The translations under genes were made by a program, and so were the position numbers. From the NCBI RefSeq assembly GCF_018350175.1, contig NC_058382.1:58530001-58594000 (forward strand): 64,000 bases of DNA. Reading direction: 5' to 3'. The notes under the pieces were generated by a model that was not told the origin of the DNA, searched no databases, and worked only from the letters and a program-made list of their open reading frames with translations. The stretch comes from Felis catus. Taxonomy: Eukaryota. Below, one piece after another: positions 1 through 11,856 of this stretch; position 1 is the first letter of the stretch; every line of letters starts with the position of its first letter.

Positions 1-3000
1 GCCCAGAGGGCCGAGTGGGCTCGCAGGGGCCCGTGGATGAGCCGATCGCACGTCAGAAGGCAGGACCCCAGTTCATCCTCGTCGCTGTTTGCTTTTTGAG
101 CACGTCAGGGGCCGGCCGTTTTGAGGCTCTTCTCAGAACGGGCCGAAAGATGGATCCCGAGAGCTCTTTGCAGTGTGACTCTGCAGGAGAGAGAGCAGGG
201 GGACAGACGGACTCAAGGCCCAGCCCTGCCTCTCTTGTGTGACGCCAGGCAGAACCTCACCGGACCCTTGTGAGGATTAGACGTAGCGTTAGTTTTCTGG
301 TAGGAACGTCACTGGTCAGCGAGCGTCCCCAGTGCCCATTTCCTCTACTGTCTTCCACGCTCAAGTTCGTGATAACGATGGTCCTAATTAATGGCGACGA
401 TGGGGCTGGGGCTGGGGCTGGTGGTGGTGACGACGGTGGTGATGGGGTTGATGGTGGCGGCTGATGCTGAATACTGGCGAGGCGCCAGGGTCAGGCCTCG
501 TCCCGTTACACCTCCCGCCACATCGTTCCCGCCGCATAGGCTCAGAGGCTCTGGGTCACACAGCACGTGGGCCGCAGAGCCAGGACATGGCCTCTGGCCG
601 TCCTCTCCAGGCTCCCGCCCCTCGTGGGCAGGGGTGGCCTCTGTGCCACGTTTTTGTCTGTCGACGCTGGGGACTCAGACCTCCTGCCGGGGCCCCTGGA
701 GTTTGCATTCTGGCTCACTGACGGCCTCCCTGACCGAGCAGAGAAAGCCCGTGTCCTTCCTGATAGTTCTGTGAGAAGTGAACAGCCTGACCCATCAGGA
801 TGGACCCCAGAGGCCCACCGGTGCGGAGGAGGAAGCGGGGCTCAGAGAGGTGTCTGGACCACGGGCCTCGTGGGACGAGTGTTCGGGGTGTGGCGGAGGC
901 AGGTTCTCACCCAGGCCCGCAAAGTGCGGAGAACCCGCGTTCCTGTTCGTCGCACTCCTGTCACCGCTCCGGGACGCCCTGGCTCGCGGGGCTAGGCCTC
1001 TGAGCTAGTCAGCTCTGTGGCCCAGGGAGTCTGCTGACCGGTGCTCTCTGGGGGCGGGAGAGGAGCCGGGGGCAGGGCCGAGGCAGCCGGGTGAGGGGGA
1101 AGTGTGCCGAGTGGCTCCAGACCCGTCCCAGCGCACAGCGGGTGGAGCGACCCACAGCAGTGCCGCGTGCACAGAAAATCCTAAAACCTTCTCTAGGTGT
1201 TGCGGACTTAGGTCCCTCTGTTCGGGCCACAGGCTCTCTGGCCCCGCCCTGTGGAAACAAGGTGATGGCGAGGGTGCCCGGTTCTCAGGGCCACGGGGAC
1301 GAGGTAGTGAGTGAGTGGGGCCGCGGAAGGGCGGGTAGGGAGCGCTGGAGGCCACGGCGGAGTGCAGGGCCTGCCCCTCGGCTGCTCAGCGCTAGACGGT
1401 GCCCTGCGGGCCTCAGACCCGCCAGGCTGGGTGTCCCCGCTTTTCTGGAGGGATCAGAAGTCCAGACCTTTATGTGAAACCTCCCCGTGTGGAGTGTTGG
1501 CAACAGAGTTGCGTGGACGACCCCCCCCACCCGTCCCCCCCCCCCCCCCCCCCCCCCCGCCAGGCTGGATCTAGACACGCCCGTGGCTGCCGGGGGCGGG
1601 GGGGGGGTGGGTGTGCTTGGCGGTGTTTGCAGTGGTGGGGCAGGGGGAAGGCCGTGTCCGGAAACGGAGGGGGCGGGCTCGGCGCTGCAGGACGCGGGTG
1701 CAGGGCCGGCCTGCCGGGGAGCCCCTCTCCCCGCTTCGTGGTTGTGCCATCAGAGCAAATGCCTTCACCTGTCGACACCCGACTCCTTACCTGGAAAAGG
1801 CGTCGAGTGATCAGCAGCCTCCAGCTCGCATCGTGAGCGTTAAATGTGCCCCTCAGTTCAGCGCACTGAGAACGGCGCCTGGCGTGTGCTGCCTCGACCA
1901 GGAATTAGGGCTTATGACTCCGGGAGTCTTATCTACGCGGCTAGCTTCCGGTCCTGTTACCCCGATTTCTTCAGGAGCCGCCCACGAGCACCGCACGACA
2001 CCCGAGCTCCTGCTCGTCCCCAGCCGCCTGGGGAGCTGGGTGCCACCACAATCTCTGCTTTGCTGATGGGGAAACTGAGGCACAGAGTCACAGCTGGGCT
2101 CACACGTTGTCGGGGAGTCTGTGCTCCTGGCATCGTTGCTCTGCTGCTGTTGTGGGGCGGCTGTCCCCCGGTGGGCAGGTGGCCGTGTGGGGGCAGGGCA
2201 GGTCAAGGTGGGCTGGCCAGAGCCACCTGGTGGCTTTGGTGGCGGCTTCTCTGCGGGTCTCTGCTGGCCGCTCACTGCTGGTGCAGCGGTCGTCGCTCAG
2301 GCCTTCCCGGCTCGAACCGGCCCCAAGCTAAGCTGCCCTGTGGCACTGGGGTCCCTAGGAGGCCTCGCCTGGGCCTCTCCAGAGCACCCATCTGTGGCTC
2401 CCTTGGGCCGCGAGGCGCTGGTGTGAGATAAAGCCTCGGCAGTGGCGGGGCGAGGGTGCGGAGTGGTGACAAGAGTCGTCTGTAGTGTTTCATTCGTCTG
2501 TGACAAAGTTCAGAAATGTTCTGGAGCGAAGGAAGTGGAGCGTGCCATCGGGGGATGCAGATGTCCCAGGGCTGACACAGTGCGCAGGATGGGGAACTGG
2601 ACGGGATGAGATGTGTCACTCACCAGCTGGGTGACCTCAGCTGCCACTTGCCAGCTGGGTGACCTCAGCTGGGCCTCAGTTTTCCCACATGTCATATAAA
2701 TGAATTGGACCGGAACACCTGAAGCTCCCAACCCAGAGTGGTTCTAGAATGCCGTTTAACCCCCATGTGGGGGAAGATGGAGCCTGTGCCCACAGCAGCG
2801 GGGGGTCTTATTACTTGACTGAGCAAATGATTCTTAATCAGAGCCCAGTTGGGGGGGGGGCAAGAAATTATAAGTACACAGCAGTATTAACCTGGGTGAG
2901 GCAGGTGGCCACCCACAGGGCTGCCCCTGACTGTTGTGTGGGTGGCTGCACTGCCATGGGGGTGGGCAGCTCACAGTTTGTGTGGCTCTAGAATGCAGCC

Positions 3001-3259
3001 CTGGACTGCTCTGGGACCCTTAGGAGGTGCCCTAAACTCACCAAGTTTGGTGATAGTGCCTGTAATTCTTGTAGTTTAAAGCTATCAAAATGCAGATTTC
3101 TCCGGGACTGTCGCAGAAGTTAGCTGTTGTCTTCATTCCTGCCTTAGCTTAAAGGTTCCCAAATTTCAGTTACTGGAGCCCCACTTTCACGATGGTTTTT
3201 CATATCTGGGTACCACCTGGTAACGTGCTCTTTTTCTCTAAATGTCATTACAAAAAAAG

Positions 3260-3464
3260 TTTTTATTTATTTTAAGAGAGAGAGAGAGAATGCGTGTGTG
3301 TGTGCATGGGGGAGGGACACAGAGAGTGGGAGGCACAGAATCCGAAGCCGGCTCCAGGCTCTGAGCTGTCAGCACAGAGCCCCACTTGAGGCTTGAACTC
3401 ACAGATTGCAAGATCGTGACCTAAGCCAGTTGGTCACTTAACCGACTGAGCCACCCGGCGCCCC
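3260..3464 (-). mobile_element. Can-SINE (SINEC, tRNA-derived) in IRF8 intron
   Basis: Reverse complement reads GGGGCGCCGGGTGGCTCAGTCGGTTAAG...GAGTTCAAGCC...(CT)n...AAATAAATAAAA. Confidence 0.92.
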
Positions 3465-4177
3465 GAAAATTGAATAATCCTTTCATTTGCTTAACTCTGG
3501 GTCACCGCCCTGCCTCCTTCCCCGACCTTCTTAAGTGTAACGCGTCTGGGGAAACGTTGACTTAATTTGAATGATTTTCAGACTCTTCTAAGAACAGGCT
3601 TAGATGAAGGGTTTGGAGGGATTCGTGATTTGAAATCCAAGGAACCCCAAGAGGGCTGTGAATGTGTCAAGGAAAAGAGGACATGTCTGTTCTCCCTGAC
3701 CTGGAGTTCAAATCTCACACTTCTGTCCGTTGTGAATCCGGTCACGGGCCCCGTTGTTCCATAGCACGAGCGACGGTGTATCTGTCGGGTAACAGATAAC
3801 ACGGCGTGTCGCTTACGGGTATTATATGACGTCGTATCACGGTCACAGAGTGCCGTGTGACGGGGCAGTTCTACTGACTTCTAAACCGTACCGGTCCCTG
3901 CGACCTTCCCCGGGAGAACAGAGAGAACGAGAACGGTTCTTTTGTATTTCGAGTCACTGGCTTCCTGAGTGATTCTGCGTTTGTCCTCGTGCTCACAAAG
4001 ACACCGTTTCCGGAAGGGGTGCGTGAACTTCCCGCAATGCCGAGGGGTCCCAGGCACACGAGGAGCCAACCGGCCTGCTTGGGAGGCAGGAGAGCGCTGG
4101 GCACCGGCCAGGAAGGGACCGGGGACCCCCCCCCCCCCCCCGGCGGAGCTGACCTGTCGCCCTCCTCCTCCCCGCAG

Positions 4178-4564
4178 CCTTCTCCCAGATGGTCATCAGC
4201 TTCTACTACGGGGGCAAGCTGGTGGGCCAGACCACCACCACCCGCCCCGAGGGCTGCCGCCTGTCGCTGAGCCCCCCGGGCCCGCCCGGCGCCGGGCTGC
4301 TTGGGCCCGAGGGCCTGGAGCTGGTGTGCTTCCCGCCGGCCGACGCCATCCCCAGCGAGCGGCAGAGGCAGGTGACGCGGAAGCTGTTCGGGCACCTGGA
4401 GCGGGGCGTGCTCCTGCACAGCAGCCGGCAGGGCGTGCTCGTCAGGCGGCGGTGCCAGGGCCGCGTGTTCTGCAGCGGCAACGCCGTCCCGCGCAGGGAC
4501 AGGCCCAACAAGCTGGAGCGGGATGAGGTGGTCCAGGTCTTCGACACCAGCCAGTTCTTCCGAG
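4178..4564 (+). CDS. IRF8: IRF8 internal coding exon (equivalent to human exon 7), IRF-association (IAD/SMAD-FHA-like) domain
   Basis: Acceptor cctcctccccgcag ends at 4177; donor gtcggt starts at 4565. The 387-nt phase-1 exon translates as (A)FSQMVISFYYGGKLVGQ...PSERQRQVTRKLFGHLERGVLL...CQGRVFCSGN...PNKLERDEVVQVFDTSQFFR, recognisably IRF8. Confidence 0.97.
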
Positions 4565-5313
4565 GTCGGTACCACCGCCGGCTGGCCTCCCCCGGCTCGC
4601 AGAGACCTCGCCTCCCTCCCGCGGGCCGCGCCCCCCCCCCCCCCCACGCCGCCAAGCTGGGGACCCCGGTGGGGGGGGGGGGTCCTGCTCTGCGCTTTCT
4701 TGCTCAGCGACCCTGGGGAATCGCTCCGCGCCTTGACTGCCCCGTGTGTTGAATGGGTGTGTGAGGACCACATCTTTCCTGTGTGGCCCTCGGGGGGATG
4801 AAGGGACCCAGTAGCTCACAGGTGCATCGCCGAGTGTGCCCGTAACCCGGGGGCCGGTCAGAAGTGCGGGGTCTCAGCCCCCCCCCCCACCCCACCGAGG
4901 GCTGCGGGGTCAGACCTGCATCTCGGCAAGGCCCCCCGGGGCTTGATGTGCACATTCTGAGGCGCGCTGAGTCCGCGGACGGCGCTTGCGCTTGCGGGGT
5001 ACCTGTCGTGACTTATTCTGTGGGGCGTGTGGCTAGGATCCCGCCCCGGGTGCTCCTCCCGGAGGTCATGCCGTGGCCGCTGCCTTCTCTGCGTCCCCAG
5101 AGCTCTCTGCTCCTCTCCCCGTGACCGCGCCGGCCCAGAGCTGGGGTCAGGCCTCTCCTGCCGCCCGGCCTGAGCAGTCCCGGCGGCTTCCCTGGAGAAG
5201 GGGCCCCGGAAAGGTGGGCTCAGGTGTGACAGCCGCGGGGAGCACCCCCGGGGACGGAGCGTGGCGGGGCCCGGCGGCGTCGACAGGGGCCCCTCCCCCT
5301 CCTGTCTCCCCAG

Positions 5314-5429
5314 AGCTCCAACAGTTCTACAACAACCAGAGCCGGCTTCCCGACAGCAGGGTGGTGCTGTGCTTTGGAGAAGAGTTTCCAGATATGACTC
5401 CCTTGCGATCCAAACTCATTCTTGTGCAG
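5314..5429 (+). CDS. IRF8: IRF8 penultimate coding exon (equivalent to exon 8)
   Basis: Acceptor tgtctccccag ends at 5313; donor gtagga starts at 5430. 116 nt, (E)LQQFYNNQSRLPDSRVVLCFGEEFPDMTPLRSKLILVQ; phase matches the previous exon. Confidence 0.97.
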
Positions 5430-6036
5430 GTAGGAACAGGCGGCCGTGGGGCTTCTGGCCACGGGGCCGGATCTCCTGGCCCGCACGGCGGGACCCGGTT
5501 TGCGCTTGGGCTGCAGAACAGGGAGCGGGCTGCTCCACCCGCGGGCAGAGGCAGGCCCGGGGCGCACGGTGAACCTCCACGCGGGGCTGGTGGATTCCTG
5601 CCATCCGCCCTTCTTGCCGTTCCGAACCATCTTCCCACGTTCCGGGACTCACGGTCTTTGTGTTCTCTCCCTGCCTTTCTTGTCTGTTTGCGCTTTAAGT
5701 CAAAACCCCCTTTCTAGCAAGACGCTACCTTTCTAGCAAGGTTCGGTTGCCTCAAGGTCTGAGGAACGGGTTAGGGCTTTGCAAGCCCTTGTTTAATCTA
5801 GTCAAAGGAATGAAACCCTGATGGTGGAGTTCTGGCCACCGGCTGCCAGGTCGGGACCCTGTGGGGAGACCCCTTGCCCTTTCCCTGCACCGCCTGTTTG
5901 GGGCTCATTCGTGTGGGACTCACGTGGAGGTTCCCAGTGTCAACTTCGGCCTGGGTAATCCGAGAATCTGGCTAGGGCCACAGGCGGGGCCACCGGGCTT
6001 CCCACGTCCACGTCTGACCTGTGCCCGTCCCCGTAG

Positions 6037-6213
6037 ATCGAGCAGCTCTACGTCCAGCAGCTGGTGGAGGAAGCCAGGAAGAGCTGCGGTTCCGGCTCCA
6101 CGGTGCCGCCTCCCGAGGAGCCCCAGCCGGACCAGGTCTTCCGGATGTTTCCAGACATCTGCGCCTCCCACCAGAGACCCTTTTTCAGAGAAAACCGGCA
6201 GATCACGGTCTAA
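6037..6213 (+). CDS. IRF8: IRF8 terminal coding exon (equivalent to exon 9), to stop codon
   Basis: Acceptor cccgtccccgtag ends at 6036. IEQLYVQQLVEEARKSCGSGSTVPPPEEPQPDQVFRMFPDICASHQRPFFRENRQITV, then TAA at 6211-6213. Confidence 0.97.
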   Translation: MEQLYVQQLVEEARKSCGSGSTVPPPEEPQPDQVFRMFPDICASHQRPFFRENRQITV

Positions 6214-7130
6214 GTCTCTCTCTCGGGCCCGTCCTGCCCGCGTCTCGCGTTTCGTTACTACAGTTACTGTCGTAATTATTTAAGGATGTGGCCCCCTCTG
6301 ACCTGGGGCGGGGCTTCATCTGCTCTTAATTTAGTAAGGGCGTCCCGTGAGGGCTTGATGTTCGACACAGAGTCGCGTCACGCCTCCTGTTCAGGTATAA
6401 ACGTAGGAAAGTGCGCCGAGCGATCCAGATGCTGTAACTACCTTCAACCAGTGATTAAAACATGTATTCCCTGCATTTCCCCTAATTATCATCAGTTGCT
6501 AGATTCTTTCAGCATTTCGGGATAATCAATATTTCCAAAGACTCGGCATTCAGTTGTACTAGCAAAGAGCTGCTTCCAGGAAAAAAAAAAAAAAAAAATT
6601 GGAGTAGGAGATCAACCTGTCAGAACAAGTCTGCTTTTTGTCTGTACCTCGCGTTAGAGCCGTGGATTCGCGATTTGATACGCTTGATTCCGCGTGGAGC
6701 GTCTCTGCTTTTAAGCACGTTAATAAGGTTTAGAAAAACTTAGATAGCAGCCCCCCTTTAGCAAGCGAGCACAGAACTCTTGGCTTGTTGCAGGAATGCA
6801 CCTCCTTGCTGGGATCCGTTGGCAGGAGGGCACTTCCATCACCAGGTGAGCTGGTATGTTTTCACCTCCAGACAACGAAGACTTTTCCTCTGGGCCCTTG
6901 TTGCCTGGAAGCTTCGAGCTAAGTGTGTGTGTGTGTGTGTGTTTTCATTGCTGTAATTCAATCACCCCAGAGCCCTCACTTTTTCTTCTTTCTAAATGGT
7001 TTTGACCTGTTTTTAAAAATACTCATTCTTTCAATTGTCCTATTGTAAACTGCTTTGATATATTTTTTTTTTTTTCACATAAAGTGAGCAGGATAGAAAC
7101 CACAGATTCAAAAAGTAATTGTAGATTGTA
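6214..7130 (+). other. IRF8: IRF8 3' UTR (3' end approximate)
   Basis: AT-richer sequence after the stop, ending in a U-rich block with variant signal CATAAA (7078-7083) and a GU-rich element at about 7137-7154. The end is inferred. Confidence 0.65.
6923..6942. repeat. (GT)n microsatellite in the 3' UTR
   Basis: About 10 GT units. Confidence 0.9.
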
Positions 7131-8308
7131 CAAGCATTTTGGTTTGTGCCTTTGACTCTGTCAACCCATCGACGAGCCGGTGGTGGTGGTGAGCGTGTGG
7201 GCGCGGCTCGGGTGGCTTGGGGACCGCGGATGAGAGGTGTCGGCTTCTTACCGCTGCCCTGGTCACAGGGTGGATGGCGGCAGGGACAAGGCCTTCCCCA
7301 TCCCTCGGACTCCCTGGCCTGGGGCCACACCAGATTCTACTCTTCAACGGAGTCCTGTGGTGGGACTCCAGGGGAGGAGTCCCAGTTTTAGCCCCAGAGG
7401 AACGTCACGCTATTTCCTGTCCAATCAGATGCATTTATTGCCCCACAATGTGTCAAAACGGCAGCGGCAGGCCGGCCTTCCCGTCGACCTTCCCCGTCTC
7501 CACAACCGCTCTGAAATCACTTTCATCATTGAAAAGCACTTAAACGTTTTTATCTGGGAAAAAAGCCGGTTGTATTTCGCTAGATTGGGGTGCCCCCTCC
7601 CCGCCCGTGTGTCCTGTGCGATGTGCTGGGACTGGCAGAGGGTGGCCGGGTGCCGACCCTTGCCAGTGGAAGTCGGCGGCCGGGGCGAGCCCGTCCCACT
7701 TGCGGTGTGGACCCCTGGCAGGGTCGGGGAGGGTCTGCGGGCTTTCCCCCCAACTCTCTGTGGAGCAGGGGTGGGAGGGGGAGAAGAGTCGTCGCCCCCG
7801 TTCTTTCTCCTTCATAACCCAGCCTCGTGGCCACCAGCCCTGACTGACAGCGACGGGGCACGAAGGGACCTCGCCTGTCGGCTTTCACCTTGAGGTGTGG
7901 GAGGAGCCGGGATCTGGGGGACGAGACTGCCAGCCTGGCCCCCTTGTAACCGTGAGTCGCTGCTTTAAAATCCAAGCCGAGGAAGACTGGTTCACTTTTG
8001 TGGCTGCTTCCACGAAGGTGACGCAGGCGTGGCATATGTAGTGAGACTTTATGGTCGTAGGCCCTATAGGTGTGTTTGAATTCACCTGAAAATATAGGAA
8101 AATGCGGCAAGAGTGGCTTCTCCTCTTTGGCGGACAGAGCCGGCCTCACATTGTTGGGGGTAACAGACCCGTTTTCTGAAATCACATCAGAGAACAGCGA
8201 CTTTCGGTTTCTAGCTCAAACGAATGGTAAAGCGTGTATCTTGAATATGCTAAATGAATATTTATTTTTGTATCCATTTAAAGCGTATATTGATCTCTTT
8301 TATTCTTT

Positions 8309-8319
8309 ATTAAAATAAA
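8309..8319 (+). terminator. Candidate distal polyadenylation signal (overlapping ATTAAA/AATAAA)
   Basis: ATTAAA at 8309-8314 and AATAAA at 8314-8319 in an AT-rich block, followed by U/GU-rich gttttttgttg. Confidence 0.35.
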
Positions 8320-9452
8320 GTGCCTTTTTAAAAGCTGGTTCACGCTCCGTTTTTTGTTGAAGTCACTGTAAAATATTTCATCACTGTTACTCGGTTCTGG
8401 GTTCTTCAAGGGGGTGGGGATTAAAAAACAAGGCTGCGCTGGGAGTTTAAGGGTTTTTTGCCTGTCGATTTGTTTTGTTTTGCTTTTCACTCATCCCCAA
8501 AACAGTAGCGAAAAGGTACGGAGGCTCACAGATCATACAGGATATCCTGGAGAAAATGTGGGACATGCTATGTTTTTATTAAAGCCCGGGGTCCTGTTTG
8601 GGGTCCCATGAGCTGATGGAGGGGTGTGTGTGGGGGGGTGTGGAGCAAGTGGGAGGTCGGCAAGGACAGCACCCGCTATCCTGGAAAGTGCTGGGCGTGA
8701 TCTGCACGAGGCCCCCCGGCCTGGGTCGGCCGCACACGATGGGGTCGCGTATCCTTCCGTATCCTTCCACTTACACACATGCTCACTGTGCTGGGTCCTT
8801 AGGGACACAGACAGCGGGGACACGGGGGGACCCAGTTTGGTCCGGTTGGGGGTTGCCTCATGAGACACGCCCCGTGAACAACCCAGGACCAGTCGGTCCG
8901 TTTCAGGGAGGCCCAGACCCCGGCCAGCCCAGGGGGAGAGGGGTCCCCCGCCAGGCTCCGTCTATGGGCGACGTGCACTCTCTCTGCAGCCTCAGACGAA
9001 CCACGCGGTCCTGGGACTGTCCTCCTCAGCGCAGAGACAGGGGGAAGAAGGCACGGGCCCCTCCATGCTGGGCGGGCCGGGGCCGACTCGTGTCCCGGGA
9101 CAGCTCGGTGTGAGGGGCCTTCTGACAAGGCCTGTGGCTGGCCTCTGACACCCGGGCAGGGCGGCTGCTGGGCCAATCGCTGGCTTTCTAGAAACCTGCG
9201 CAGTTGCAACCAGACACTTTGTTTATCAGCAAGTCCTCTTCTGCCCGGAATCCCTCAGGGCCAAATGTGGAAACTTGACTGAGTCTGCTTCCCCCCAGAG
9301 TTCCAGTCTCCTGTGCGGACGGTTCGCAAGACGCTTCTCACTCAGCTGCTCGCAGGGAGAGGAGGGAGGCCGGAGCGCTTTCATCCGCAGAGGACGGGGT
9401 TCAGGGACGAGGTGCTTCAGGAATAATCGGGGGCTTAGAAAATGCCGTTAGG

Positions 9453-9685
9453 GGGGCGCCTGGGGGGCTCAGTCAGTTAAGCGTCCAACCTCAGCTCAGG
9501 TCACGATCTCGCCGTCCGTGAGTTCGGGCCCCGCGTCGGGCGCTGTGCCGACAGCTCGGAGCCTGGAGCCTGCTTCGCATTCTGTGTCTCCGTCCCTCTC
9601 TGCCCCTCCCCTGCTTGTGCTCCTCGTCTCTTTTTCTCAAAAATAAATAAACGTGAAAACAAATAAAAATAAATGAAAAAAGAAA
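9453..9685 (+). mobile_element. Can-SINE (SINEC_Fc-like) with 16-bp TSD
   Basis: Head ggggcgcctggggggctcagtcagttaagcgtcc, CT-rich region and A tail. TSD agaaaatgccgttagg at 9437-9452 and 9686-9701. Confidence 0.95.
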
Positions 9686-11408
9686 AGAAAATGCCGTTAG
9701 GGCCCTGGAGCTGAACTGACTTTTGAGGTGTGTGGCTGCCTCTGGACAAGTAGCTGCTGGGACCTAAGGGCAGCCCGTGGGAACGGGCTCATGAGACATT
9801 CTGTCACACGAGCAGCCTTCACACTTTGTTTTCTAAAAAACATTTACACAAATTAAGATATTTCAACTATCACTTTTCTGAGTGGTTGCCCCTTAGGAAC
9901 ACCAACTTTTGCAAAATCCATGTGGGATGGAAGATTGTGGTGAATTAAGATGTCGGCCCCCCTCTGATAAGCATCCACTGGGTCTGCTGGGCCTGGGGTC
10001 CTAGGAGAGTCCTCCTGGAGGGGTCCCCCGGGCACGCACCCCTATGTGCTCCTGGGGACAAGTTCTCTCCATGAAGAAGCCATTGTGGGAACCAGGAAGA
10101 AGTTCGTGTGAGTGAGTCAGACTCTCCACAAGAGAAACTTTTGCAACTCAACTACTCAGAAATATTTAGAAATTCTTTCTAAAGAACGATCTATAACTAA
10201 TGACTGTAATTTTTAACAACAGCTCACGGGCTGAGGGAGGGGGAGCGGTGGTTTCTCAGTGGAAAGTCTGGCTCTTTTCACTAAAAGTAGGGGGAGGCAG
10301 TAAATGTCTTGGCCCGCTCATAATCTCTCTCTTCCTCTTGGGCATGTATACTGCGCGTAGAAAGTTCTCTCTCGTGCTGAGAAACTCACGTGATCCAGCA
10401 TTTGCCAGACTTACTTGACCTGAGGTTGCTCCTTGCAATATGTCTGCGGGGAAACAGTGGCTGATATGGCGTGACCAACCTCGGGGCCCTATTTCTGCTC
10501 TGGCTGGGCTGCCTTTGCATCTAGATGGAGCCTTTCAGGGATGGGGGCGGCCACCCCTCACACTCACTGCCTTCAAACTTTGATTTTGTTTTGTTCATGG
10601 ATTTTGTGGGTCAGAATTTAGACAGGGCACGATGGTGTGACCTCCCCTTGTTCCACAAAGACTGGCGTGTCAGCTGGGAAGGCTCGGATGGCGGCGGGTG
10701 ACTTCGGCGTCTGGGGTGGGGGTGGGGGGTGGAATCTTCCGCAGGCCTTTTCATCCACATGGCCGGTGCCCGGGGCCGGGAGGGCTGGGAGGCTGGGCAC
10801 AGCTGGGGCCACACGCGGCCTCTCTGTGTAGCTGGGACTTCCTCACAAAATGGCGGCCCCGGGGTGGCGCGGGGAACCCGGGGCGTGCTGGATGGCTGTT
10901 TGTGACCCGGCCTCGGACACTGTTGAGAGTTACTTCTGGCACGTTCTGTTGGCCAACGCAGTCACACGCCACGCAGGCGAGGAGCATGAGCAGGGCCCCC
11001 GCCTCTCCGTGACAGGAGTGTCCGAGTGCTGGCGGCCATGTTTGAAAACTGCCTCCGGGGCCCGGAAGCATCTCCTTTCCTACGCATCCCACCTGCCCTT
11101 TATTTAAGCAAGTCTTCTGCCCCCACCCCTGCAACCCCAGCTCCTTTCTGCCCTGATTCCCCAAGTCCCAGGCAGATAGACCTCCTCGCTCCGTCGTGGT
11201 CGCTGCCCTTCTTCGGGAAGTAGCCCTTCTCTTGGGAGCACTGATCCCCAATCAGGGCGTGACTCTGGTGTATTTTACTGTGTAAAAAAGACCCCGTCCC
11301 CACCAGACGTGACGATGGGGCCTGAACGGAGCTTCTCAGAGGGGGTTAACCTGGCCGCAACGGCACGAGCCTTGAGTGGTGTCTCCCTGATTCAGATTCA
11401 TCCCATCC

Positions 11409-11856
11409 TTTTTATTTTATTTTATTTTATTTTATTTTATTTTAATTTTTTTTTTTTTTACTTATTTATTTTATTCTTAAGTGAGATAACATGCAGTGTC
11501 GTCTTGGCTTCAGCATTCGGATTCACTGATTCATCACTTACATATAACACCCAGTGCTCATCCCAGTAAGTGCCCTCCTTAGTACCCAATCGCTCTTCCC
11601 CCCCCCCCCCCCCCCCCCCCCCCGCCATCAACCCTCAGTTTGTTCTCTGTATTTAAGGGTCTCTCATGGTTTGCCTCCCTCTCTGTTTTTATCTTAATGT
11701 TCCTTCCTTTCCCCTGTGATCCTCTGTTCCGTTTCTGAAGTTGCACACATGAGTGAAATCATACGATACCTGTCTTTCTCTGATTTATTTTGCTCAGCAC
11801 AGTACCCTCCAGTTCCATCCACGCTGCTGCAAATGGCCAGATTTCATTAATTTTCA
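11409..11856 (-). mobile_element. 5'-truncated carnivore LINE-1 (ORF2 C-terminus, 3' UTR, A-rich tail)
   Basis: Minus-strand peptide NEIWPFAAAWMELEGTVLSKINQ resembles the L1 ORF2 C-terminus. Internal G-run (poly-C on +) and a (TTTTA)n tail at the left end. Confidence 0.88.

Noticed and set aside
374..470. Gly/Asp-rich or hydrophobic signal-peptide-like ORFs
   Set aside because: Degenerate (GGT/GAT)n low-complexity intronic sequence.
1..4177. Upstream short IRF8 exon (exon 6 equivalent)
   Set aside because: No sequence encoding the expected VPLVTGY...HHS-like peptide was found; it presumably lies before the window.
4186..4191. ATG 4189 as a start codon, or cag 4186-4188 as the acceptor
   Set aside because: Internal Met; using that AG would shift the frame relative to the phase-1 junction at 4178.
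3871..4773. 300-aa antisense ORF
   Set aside because: Shadow of the high-GC3 IRF8 exon.
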